A DNA stretch of 64,000 bases from Candidatus Zixiibacteriota bacterium (GCA_050117845.1 JASFLY010000013.1:6829-70828), one strand, 5' to 3'; shown: positions 36,359 to 43,513, counted from the first letter of the stretch. The notes: generated by a model from the letters alone, not told the origin. Numbers and translations are program-made.

Positions 36359-36907
36359 TTATTTACCTTTCTCTTCCGGCACGTCGGGCCGAATGCCGGT
36401 TTCTATGTCCATGGTCGATGGGTAGGGTTCGACCGTCGCGGCCGTTTCGGCCGAGGCCTCTTCTGAATACGGGTCGTCGGGATAATCGGGGTCGATTCCC
36501 CGGTCTATCGGGTCCTCCTCGGGCCGCGGGGGCTTGCACCCGGAAGCGGCCAGAGCCGCCAGCATAGCGGCCGCCACGGCTCCCAGGAACGCTGGCCGCA
36601 GGCTCGGGCTCACCTTCGTCCGGCCTATGATGGCCCGGAGCTGGTCCTCGGGGACGGCGCCCAGCATCGCGGCCTCGGCCGGCTCGAGCGATAGGCCGAT
36701 GTCTTCGGCCGCCCGGGCCCGTTTGGATAATAATACCTTTTTGAACGCCGGGTCCACCGCCGCCTTCTTCACCAGGACCTCGACGCCGCGCGGGACTTCG
36801 CCCATGCTGCGGCCCGAGCGCGGCGGTTGGCCGCCGACTATCGTCGTCTTCACGACCTCCGGCTCTCCGGGTCGGGCCATCTTCACTCTATCGGTGTGTT
36901 CGCTCAT
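36359..36907 (-). CDS. Paralog P5: TTIVGGQPP N-extension, N-domain, helix ending ...ASGC, acidic/Pro tail only (no globular C-domain)
   Basis: MSEHTDRVKMARPGEPEVVKTTIVGGQPPRSGRSMGEVPRGVEVLVKKAAVDPAFKKVLL.... Tail carries GIDPDYPDDP and GIRPDVPEEKGK. Confidence 0.65.
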   Translation of the reverse strand: MSEHTDRVKMARPGEPEVVKTTIVGGQPPRSGRSMGEVPRGVEVLVKKAAVDPAFKKVLLSKRARAAEDIGLSLEPAEAAMLGAVPEDQLRAIIGRTKVSPSLRPAFLGAVAAAMLAALAASGCKPPRPEEDPIDRGIDPDYPDDPYSEEASAETAATVEPYPSTMDIETGIRPDVPEEKGK

Positions 36908-36917
36908 GCTTCCTCCG

Positions 36918-37649
36918 TTAAGGCCTGTCGGGTCGGATGCCGTCGATGGCCGGGCTGCGGTTCGGCGACCCGGCGCCGTCTTCCTTTTTCACCAGTACAA
37001 AGGTAACGCTGGTTTTGTAGTCTTTCAAGATATATATGTTCTCCTGGATGTCGGCTTCGTACCCCGGTTTCGACGCTTTAACCGACCAACACCCGAGCCG
37101 TACGTTTTCTATTTCGTATTCTCCGGCGGCGTTGGTGGTGGTAGATTTATCGCCTTCCATCGTGCTGACCGTAATTTTTACGTTACTAATAGGCCGGTTT
37201 TCGGAGTTCAGGACGCGGCCGAATAATACGCTATATTCCGCTTCCAGGTCCATATCTTCCGGTGCGACGTTAGGATCTCGACTGGGCGGAGCGCCAGGGG
37301 GACGGATGGCGTCCGGCGGGATGCTGCCTGGCGAAATGCCGTAAGTCTTCTCACCGGCCCGCCCGGAGGCCGGCGTTATAACTGTAGTCCCTATCGCCGC
37401 CAACATCGCCGTCGCCGCGGACCCCAGGAAAGCGGGCCGCAGGCCCGGCTTGACCTTAGTCCGGTTTATTATAGCGCGGAGTTGGTCCTCGGGGACGGCA
37501 TTTATCACCGCGGCCTCGGCCGGCTCGAGCGCAAGGCCGATGTCTTCGGCCGCCCGGGCCCGCTTGGATAATAATACCTTTTTGAAGGCCGGGTCAACCG
37601 CGGCTTTTTTTATCAGGACCTCAACGTTACGGGGAATCTCCCTCGACAT
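36918..37649 (-). CDS. Paralog P6: same N-domain, divergent CarboxypepD_reg-like C-domain
   Basis: MSREIPRNVEVLIKKAAVDPAFKKVLL.... C-domain VLFGRVLNSENRPISNVKITVSTMEGDKSTTTNAAGEYEIENVRLGCWSV. Ends GIRPDRP. Confidence 0.7.
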   Translation of the reverse strand: MSREIPRNVEVLIKKAAVDPAFKKVLLSKRARAAEDIGLALEPAEAAVINAVPEDQLRAIINRTKVKPGLRPAFLGSAATAMLAAIGTTVITPASGRAGEKTYGISPGSIPPDAIRPPGAPPSRDPNVAPEDMDLEAEYSVLFGRVLNSENRPISNVKITVSTMEGDKSTTTNAAGEYEIENVRLGCWSVKASKPGYEADIQENIYILKDYKTSVTFVLVKKEDGAGSPNRSPAIDGIRPDRP

Positions 37650-38463
37650 ATAACTTGCCTTTCTTCGGCGGTAAATCGGGCCGGATGCCTAATCCGCCGG
37701 CACACGGGTCAGGCGACCGGCTGCCATCCTCTATCTGCACCCAGACGGGCGTACGTTCGCCGGCAATTACTTCTATGCCCTCGTAAAAGGCGATTTCCTC
37801 GTTCGTGTAAGGGTCGGCGACGATTAGATTATACTCGCCGGGCGCGACTTGGTTGAATACGAAGTCACCTTTTTCGCCGGGGATGGCGTACGCGTCGCTC
37901 CCCTCGAGGGTGACGACGACGTCTGTAACCGGGAAATCCTCCGGGACGTACACGACGCCCGTAATGACGCCCCTATCGGCCGGGATTTCGCCGGTCGGTA
38001 TCTCTTCCGGGTCCGCCCGATGTCGCTCTTCTATGACGGCGACCGTATGTCCCTTGACTAAATCTATGTCGCGACGTTCGGCCGCCTTTTTCGAACAGGA
38101 CGTACCGATTCCCAGCGCCGCCAGCATCGCCGTCGCGGCGTAACCGAGGAATGCGGGCCTAAGCTTCGGGCTTACGCGCGTGTGGGCGATTATCCCCTCG
38201 AGTTGGGCGAGAGGGACGGCCGCCAGCATCGCGGCTTCTTCGGGGGTAAGCTTGAGGCCGATTGACTGCGCGGCCTCGGCACGTTTTTCGAGTAGCATAT
38301 CCCTGAAGGCCGGGTCCACCGCGGCCTTCTTGACCAGGACCTCGATGCCCCGCGGAATGGCCCGGGGTATCGCCGCCGCTTCGGGCGGCCGGCCGCCCAC
38401 AATCGTCGTCCGGGCGGCATCGGGGCCGGCCTTGTCGCGGCGCCGGGGACCGTCGTCTCCCAT
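37627..38463 (-). CDS. Paralog P7 (first gene of operon 2): TTIVGGRPP N-extension, N-domain, CarboxypepD_reg-like C-domain. Its stop codon has mutated to TTA, so the frame reads 8 codons into P6.
   Basis: MGDDGPRRRDKAGPDAARTTIVGGRPPEAAAIPRAIPRGIEVLVKKAAVDPAFRDMLL.... C-domain GVITGVVYVPEDFPVTDVVVTLEGSDAYAIPGEKGDFVFNQVAPGEYNL. The junction reads GGC AAG TTA T ATG, versus GGC GAA TAA T ATG elsewhere. Confidence 0.7.
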   Translation of the reverse strand: MGDDGPRRRDKAGPDAARTTIVGGRPPEAAAIPRAIPRGIEVLVKKAAVDPAFRDMLLEKRAEAAQSIGLKLTPEEAAMLAAVPLAQLEGIIAHTRVSPKLRPAFLGYAATAMLAALGIGTSCSKKAAERRDIDLVKGHTVAVIEERHRADPEEIPTGEIPADRGVITGVVYVPEDFPVTDVVVTLEGSDAYAIPGEKGDFVFNQVAPGEYNLIVADPYTNEEIAFYEGIEVIAGERTPVWVQIEDGSRSPDPCAGGLGIRPDLPPKKGKLYVEGDSP

Positions 38464-38517
38464 TACAATCTCCCTTACGCTATTCCCTCAAATGAACAAA
38501 TATCGTTTAACGTAAAT

Positions 38518-38546
38518 ATTATATACGTATTTTGGACACGGTGCAA
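38518..38546 (-). promoter_or_regulatory. Sigma70 consensus promoter on the minus strand (TTGCAC-17-TATAAT) driving operon P7..P1 and the radical SAM gene
   Basis: The reverse complement of the AT-rich 38464-38690 gap contains TTGCACcgtgtccaaaatacgtaTATAAT. An AAGGGAG RBS lies before the P7 ATG. Confidence 0.5.
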
Positions 38547-38690
38547 AGCCGGCGGTTTTAATCCTAATATCCGATGCACGATTTAAAGCCGGCCGCGCTC
38601 ATGTTCGGCTATATGGGGCCGCGGCGCATCCAGCGGTATCTCAATGTGATATGCGGCCATATTAAAGTATATTATTAACTACGTCGGGCG

Positions 38691-39656
38691 CTATTCCCGG
38701 CCTTTCCCGGAATCCGCGAGGGACGTTAAATCCTCCGGGTAGGGCGAGAAAAAGGTCTGGTTCTCCAAATACCCTTCGCCGAAGCGGACGACGTATCCCC
38801 GCAGGACATTCAGCGGTACGCTGAGGGGGACCCGTTTCGCCCGGAATCGCTCGAGCGCGTCCAGGAAGAACGCCTTTTCCTCGCGGCCGAGTTTATCCTT
38901 GAAGTAACCCAGGCCGTGCGTGAGGACGTTGACGTTCGATTGATAACGGGGCGGCCGGGCCAAAGCCGCCGTAAAGCCGTCCTCGTACGCCGCGAGCGTT
39001 TCCGATAAGGGCCCTCGGCCCGCCGCCGCAACGACGCGGCCTAGTTCGCGCATCCGCGTTTGGTTGTATGCCATCAGAAGGAACTTGTTGGCGGCGTGGA
39101 ACGCGACGACGTCTTTCGCCTTTCCTTTTTCTCTCAGTTCGCGGAAGGACGCCAACGCGAATAACTTCGTAAGGAAGTGTTCCCGCAGCCGCGCGTTCTT
39201 GAGGCGGCCTTCGTCCTCGAACGCCAGCCGGCCGAAGCGCTCCAGGGCCGCCCCGCCGAAGAAACCCGCCCCCTTGCCGGAGGGCGCGGCTCCCTCGGCG
39301 GCCGGATATATCTTGACGTCCTTGATGCCGGAGCTGGGGGAGCGGCTCTTGAGGATGAAGCCGTCGACGGGGCCAAGGACGTCCAGAAACGACGCCGCGA
39401 AGGTCTCCATCTTCGCTGTGAGGTCGGCTCCCGTCGCCGGTTGCACCAGCCGCCGCTTGCCGCCGGCCTCGACGACGCGGACCGTTTCCCGGGGGACCCC
39501 CAGGCCAATCTCGACCTCGGGGCAAACGGGTATGAATTTAACGTGGGGTTTGAGCGCGGCGACGAATTCGTCGTTGACGATCGACCCGTCGTAGCGGACG
39601 GCGTCGAAGCCGAGGCAACGGCTGACGACTACCGTGGGTTTGGCGAATTCCCTCAT
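38691..39656 (-). CDS. DUF523/DUF1722 (YbbK/YbgA-family) fusion protein, last gene of operon P12..P8
   Basis: MREFAKPTVVVSRCLGFDAVRYDGS... (DUF523-like, with conserved Cys and the VRYDG motif), and a C-terminal half resembling DUF1722. Start set at the internal ATG 39656; the upstream track extension is Arg/Gly-rich GC noise. Confidence 0.6.
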   Translation of the reverse strand: MREFAKPTVVVSRCLGFDAVRYDGSIVNDEFVAALKPHVKFIPVCPEVEIGLGVPRETVRVVEAGGKRRLVQPATGADLTAKMETFAASFLDVLGPVDGFILKSRSPSSGIKDVKIYPAAEGAAPSGKGAGFFGGAALERFGRLAFEDEGRLKNARLREHFLTKLFALASFRELREKGKAKDVVAFHAANKFLLMAYNQTRMRELGRVVAAAGRGPLSETLAAYEDGFTAALARPPRYQSNVNVLTHGLGYFKDKLGREEKAFFLDALERFRAKRVPLSVPLNVLRGYVVRFGEGYLENQTFFSPYPEDLTSLADSGKGRE

Positions 39657-39709
39657 GCGGAGCCGGGTCCCCCCGGCGACGGCGCTATCCCGCGGCCCGG
39701 GCACTGCCC

Positions 39710-40621
39710 CTAGTCCCCGGGGGCGACGAATACGAACGGATAAGTTATCGTGACGCCCTCGTCCGGCGCGGCCGCGAAGCGCCACGTTCTAATCCTGGCG
39801 ATTATCGCGTCGCGCAGATACGTATCGCCGAGGGTGTCTTCGACTATGACGACGTAGGTGACGGTCCCCTCCGGCGACACGCCGAAGCGCGTTACCACCT
39901 TGCCCCCGGCGAGGGACGGATTCCTGGACACCGCCTCGTCGTACGCGCCCTGTATACTCGAGAAATTCTTGCGGACGGTAGCGATTACGCCGGCTCTCGT
40001 TCGGTCCGCCGGCTTCCGGTGCGGTCCCCGCTTAGTTGGCTCGTCGGTAGTTATCGTCTCGGGTCGGATCCCCAGGGAACCGGGTCGAACAACCACGCTG
40101 CTACGTTTTAACGTCGGTAGTCCGGAAGCGGTGACCGATCCCGAGCGAGGCCGGTCGCTACGCATACCGCCGCTTCCCCCGGATACGGCGTAACCGTGTC
40201 GTTCCGCCACGCCGGTTTTTATCGGGGCGATCTTGGGCGAAGATTCCGCCGTATTTTCCGTTTCGCCGCCGGGCGACGTAGCGTTGAAATCATTGCCCTG
40301 GCACAACACCAACGTACCGCCGAGGGCCGCGAGCATCAGGCGGCCTACGTTAGACAGGAAGGCCGGCCGCGCTTCGGGGTCGACGTACGTACTGCTAACT
40401 ATTTGTTCGAGTTGGGGGAGGGGAGCGGCCGCGAGGATTGCGGCCTCTTCGGGGGTGAGTTCCAGGCCGATGGCCCGGGCGGCCTCGGCCCTTTTTTCGA
40501 ACAACAAACGCTTGAACGCCGGGTCCACCGCGGCTTTTTTTATAAGGACTTCCACGCCGCGAGGCACTTCCCGCGCGGCCGGTACGCCGGCCGTATCGTT
40601 ACTGTCCGTAACCATGCCCAC
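39710..40621 (-). CDS. Paralog P8: same N-domain, hydrophobic helix, Ser/Pro spacer, TonB_C-like C-domain
   Basis: ...EVPRGVEVLIKKAAVDPAFKRLLFEKRAEAARAIGLELTPEEAAILAAAPLPQLEQIV.... C-domain GVIATVRKNFSSIQGAYDEAVSRNPSLAGGKVVTRFGVSPEGTVTYVVIVEDTLGDTYLRDAIIARIRTWRFAAAPDEGVTITYPFVF. Confidence 0.7.
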   Translation of the reverse strand: MGMVTDSNDTAGVPAAREVPRGVEVLIKKAAVDPAFKRLLFEKRAEAARAIGLELTPEEAAILAAAPLPQLEQIVSSTYVDPEARPAFLSNVGRLMLAALGGTLVLCQGNDFNATSPGGETENTAESSPKIAPIKTGVAERHGYAVSGGSGGMRSDRPRSGSVTASGLPTLKRSSVVVRPGSLGIRPETITTDEPTKRGPHRKPADRTRAGVIATVRKNFSSIQGAYDEAVSRNPSLAGGKVVTRFGVSPEGTVTYVVIVEDTLGDTYLRDAIIARIRTWRFAAAPDEGVTITYPFVFVAPGD

Positions 40622-40640
40622 GCCCTCTCTTCGGTAGTAC

Positions 40641-41522
40641 TTAATTGCTTTCGGCGGAAAATATTATCGTAGCCGCGGCGCTAACGTTCCCTTCGTCGAT
40701 ACCCCGGAAGTGCCACGATCCGACTTCCCGGACGACGGCATCGGAAAACGTCGACGAACTGACGTTACTACCGATTACGGCCACGTCGTAAACGCTCCCG
40801 ACCGCTTTAATGTTAAAGCCGATCACCATTTTACCGTGTTTGGGGGCGTCGCCGTTATTCGACATAACGGCGTAAAGCATTCGCATGTCCGGAATAAAGG
40901 TATTGACCTCTTCCCGGACGTCCGCGGTATCCCGGAAGGGGGCCCCCACGGCCGGCGGAACGACCACGACGTCGACGATGTTGACGTTGAACCCCTTGGG
41001 CCGGTTTTTTAAATCACTATCGGGCCGAATTCCGCCCAGGCCGCCGCCGGCGCCGCCGCCGGTTACCGTTCCGTTCCCGCCCGAATATAAGCCCGTACCC
41101 ACGTCGGGGGCCAGGGTTCCGCTCCCACCGGTGTCCGCCGTCTCGGCCGTCTCGGCGGTTTCCGGTTGCGGCGGGTAGTCGGGGCGGATCCCTTTCGACT
41201 TTACGTCGACCGTCCCGTACTCGGCCGCCGGGTCCTTACACCCGGCCGCGGCGAGCGCCGCCAGCATGGTCGCGGCCGCCGCTCCCAGGAACGCGGGACG
41301 GAGGTTCGGACTCACCCTGGTCCGGCCCACGATGGCCCGAAGCTGGCTCTCGGGCACGGCTTTCAGCATCGCGGCCTCGGCGGGCGTTATATCGAGCGCG
41401 ATGTAGGCCGCGGCGCCGGCGCGTTCGGCGAATAAAGCCTTCTTGAACGCCGTGTCCACCGCGGCCTTTTTTATTAGAACCTCTATATTCCTCGGTATCT
41501 CTATAGCCATTTCACTCATCAA
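40641..41522 (-). CDS. Paralog P9: same N-domain, helix ending ...AAGC, two GIRPD motifs in a Gly/Thr-rich spacer, TonB_C-like C-domain
   Basis: MMSEMAIEIPRNIEVLIKKAAVDTAFKKALF.... C-domain FIPDMRMLYAVMSNNGDAPKHGKMVIGFNIKAVGSVYDVAVIGSNVSSSTFSDAVVREVGSWHF. Confidence 0.7.
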   Translation of the reverse strand: MMSEMAIEIPRNIEVLIKKAAVDTAFKKALFAERAGAAAYIALDITPAEAAMLKAVPESQLRAIVGRTRVSPNLRPAFLGAAAATMLAALAAAGCKDPAAEYGTVDVKSKGIRPDYPPQPETAETAETADTGGSGTLAPDVGTGLYSGGNGTVTGGGAGGGLGGIRPDSDLKNRPKGFNVNIVDVVVVPPAVGAPFRDTADVREEVNTFIPDMRMLYAVMSNNGDAPKHGKMVIGFNIKAVGSVYDVAVIGSNVSSSTFSDAVVREVGSWHFRGIDEGNVSAAATIIFSAESN

Positions 41523-42348
41523 CCGGTTCGAAAATGAAAGGATACGTGACCGTAACGTCGCCCTCCTCGATGGGGGGAAAACGCCAGGTACGGACGCGCG
41601 TGAGTATAGTGCTGTTCAAGAACTCGTCGCCTATGCCGTCTGACGTGATATTGCCGGCGGTTACCAATCCGTCGGAATCGATAGTTATTTCTAATTCGAC
41701 CGTTCCGTGTTTAATAGACGGGTTCTTTCTATACACGTTCTCAATACCTGGTAAATGCCTCTCAAACACGGTCCCAATAACTTTAGCCGACCTTTTCGGG
41801 TCGCCCGCTCCGGGTCCTATTATCAAGGTGGGCAAGGATTCGACGATAATCGGCTTCCTAGGTTCTGATTGAATACCGGGCGGAAAATCTCCTCTAATGC
41901 CGAAGCACAACCCCCCTATCGACTCCCTCCCGGCGTCGTTGCTATCGGTTAACGGAGGTTTTTCTTTTACGCTATCGACCGGGCCCATAATGCTTTCCTC
42001 CGCCGTCCCGGGTTGGTTCTCGGGAGGAGGGTCGGGGCGCAAGCCGAAAGTTTCATCCGTCGGGTTGTCGCAGGCCAGGAACGCCGGCCCCAGCGCCGCC
42101 AGCATCGCGCCGGCGGCGTAGCCCAGGAATGCCGGCCTGACGCCGGGGCTTACGCACGTGCGCGTCACTATGGCTTCGAGTTGGGGGAGGGGGGCGGCCG
42201 CGAGGAGCGCGGCCTCTTCGGGGGTGAGTTCCAGGCCGATGGCCCGGGCGGCCTCGGCCCTTTTTTCGAACAACAAACGCTTGAACGCCGGGTCCACCGC
42301 GGCTTTTTTAATAAGCACTTCGACGCCGCGGCGTATGCCATGTTCCAT
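41512..42348 (-). CDS. Paralog P10: same N-domain, TonB_C-like C-domain. Start set at the internal MEHGIRRG.
   Basis: MEHGIRRGVEVLIKKAAVDPAFKRLLFEKRAEAARAIGLELTPEEAALLAAAPLPQLEAIV.... C-domain KVIGTVFERHLPGIENVYRKNPSIKHGTVELEITIDSDGLVTAGNITSDGIGDEFLNSTILTRVRTWRFPPIEEGDVTVTYPFIF. The track start at 42465 would overlap P11 by 115 nt. Confidence 0.65.
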   Translation of the reverse strand: MEHGIRRGVEVLIKKAAVDPAFKRLLFEKRAEAARAIGLELTPEEAALLAAAPLPQLEAIVTRTCVSPGVRPAFLGYAAGAMLAALGPAFLACDNPTDETFGLRPDPPPENQPGTAEESIMGPVDSVKEKPPLTDSNDAGRESIGGLCFGIRGDFPPGIQSEPRKPIIVESLPTLIIGPGAGDPKRSAKVIGTVFERHLPGIENVYRKNPSIKHGTVELEITIDSDGLVTAGNITSDGIGDEFLNSTILTRVRTWRFPPIEEGDVTVTYPFIFEPVDE

Positions 42349-42349
42349 A

Positions 42350-42847
42350 TTACCCTCCGTCTTCGCCAGGGTAATCCGGCCGCATTCCGCCTTTCCCCTC
42401 CGTCCCGGACCCGGATTCCCCGACGGGTTCCTCCGCCGTTCCCTCCACGTCGGCGCTGCGTTCATCCCCGGCGGCGGTCTCCGCCGTTTCCGGCGTGGGT
42501 GGGTAGTCCGGGTTGATACCGGTGGGGGGCGCCGGGTACGGCGTATCGTTGGGCGCGGGGTTCTTGCACCCCGCCGCGGCCAGCGCCGCCAGCATCGTCG
42601 CGGCCGCCGCCCCCAGGAACGCGGGGCGGAGTTTCGGGCTCACCTGCGTCCTGTTAATAATGGCCCGCAGTTGGTCCTCGGCGGCGTTGTCGATCAGCGC
42701 CCGTTCGGAAGGCGTAAGGTCGAGGGCGATAATCGCGGCCGCCCCGGAACGTGCCTCGATTAACTTCCTTTTGAAGGCCGGGTCTATCGAGGCTTTTTTT
42801 ATTAACACCTCGACGCCGCGGGGGATTTCGAAGGTGGCCTCGCTCAT
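42350..42847 (-). CDS. Paralog P11: N-domain, helix ending ...AAGC, acidic/Pro tail only. Start set at MSEATFEIPRG.
   Basis: ...EIPRGVEVLIKKASIDPAFKRKLIEARSGAAAIIALDLTPSERALIDNAAEDQLRAIINRTQV.... Tail carries GINPDYPPTPETAETAA and GMRPDYPGEDGG. Confidence 0.6.
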   Translation of the reverse strand: MSEATFEIPRGVEVLIKKASIDPAFKRKLIEARSGAAAIIALDLTPSERALIDNAAEDQLRAIINRTQVSPKLRPAFLGAAAATMLAALAAAGCKNPAPNDTPYPAPPTGINPDYPPTPETAETAAGDERSADVEGTAEEPVGESGSGTEGKGGMRPDYPGEDGG

Positions 42848-42857
42848 ATAGCCTCCA

Positions 42858-43430
42858 TCACGGCCTATCGGGACGGACACCGCGGGTCACGAGGTCGTCC
42901 CTGCCGTCGTCGGCCGTGGCCTGTTCGTCCTTGGCCAGCTCCTCGCCTTCGTCTTCGGCGGGGGGAGCGCCGGTTTCGGGTTCGCTCTCGGCGGTCGTCG
43001 GCCCCTCGACGTCGGGGACGTCGGGCCGGGCGCCGCCGGCGACCGGGGGAAAACATCCCGCCACCGCTATTCCCAGCGCCGCGACGATGACGGCCGCGGA
43101 CCAGCTCAACAGGGCCTTGCGGTGGCCGGGTTCCACCTTGGTATGGTCGACGATGGCCTCGATTTGCGCCGCCGGGGCCGCGCGCAGCATGGCCTCCTCG
43201 GCGGCCTCGAGTTTTAGGCCGATCTCGGCGGCGGCCGCCTCGCGCCGGTCGAGGAGTAGGGCCCGGAACTCCTCGTCGACCGCGGCTTTTTTCATAAGAA
43301 CCTCTACGCCGCCGGGGATCTCGCCCACGGCCTTGCCGCAGCCGGGCGGCCGGCCGCCCACGATTGTGGTCCGTACGGCCGGTTTTTCGACGGGGGAGTC
43401 GCCTTCGTCGCGCGAGGGGATATTCGCCAT
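42858..43430 (-). CDS. Paralog P12 (first gene of operon 1): TTIVGGRPP N-extension, divergent N-domain, acidic/Pro tail ending GVRPDRP
   Basis: MANIPSRDEGDSPVEKPAVRTTIVGGRPPGCGKAVGEIPGGVEVLMKKAAVDEEFRALLL.... Start at ATG 43430 with an AAGGAAGGA RBS; the longer track start is a spurious extension. Confidence 0.65.
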   Translation of the reverse strand: MANIPSRDEGDSPVEKPAVRTTIVGGRPPGCGKAVGEIPGGVEVLMKKAAVDEEFRALLLDRREAAAAEIGLKLEAAEEAMLRAAPAAQIEAIVDHTKVEPGHRKALLSWSAAVIVAALGIAVAGCFPPVAGGARPDVPDVEGPTTAESEPETGAPPAEDEGEELAKDEQATADDGRDDLVTRGVRPDRP

Positions 43431-43484
43431 AACGGTCCTTCCTTGAATCGGTGGATAGGGTCGCCGCCGGGTATAATCATTTAA

Positions 43485-43513
43485 AGTATATACCATCCGG
43501 GGGAATTTGTAAA
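43485..43513 (-). promoter_or_regulatory. Sigma70-like promoter on the minus strand (TTACAA-16-TATACT) for operon P12..P8 and DUF523/1722
   Basis: The reverse complement of the 43431-43600 intergenic region contains ttacaaattcccccggatggtatatact. Confidence 0.45.

Larger units (their letters stand above)
33523..43430 (-). repeat. Array of 12 tandem paralogous genes in two operons (P7..P1 and P12..P8), repeat unit ~0.55-0.85 kb, each beginning with a conserved ~225-nt 5' module
   Basis: Alignment of the ORF-track translations. Gene junctions are conserved as ...GGC GAA TAA T ATG.... Confidence 0.8.

Noticed and set aside
33523-43430. Whether the highly regular ~0.7-kb periodic array might be a CRISPR or a non-coding tandem repeat
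   Set aside because: The units are about ten times longer than a CRISPR repeat-spacer. Each is an intact ORF with conserved protein-level motifs, an RBS and start/stop coupling. No short direct repeats separated by unique spacers are present.
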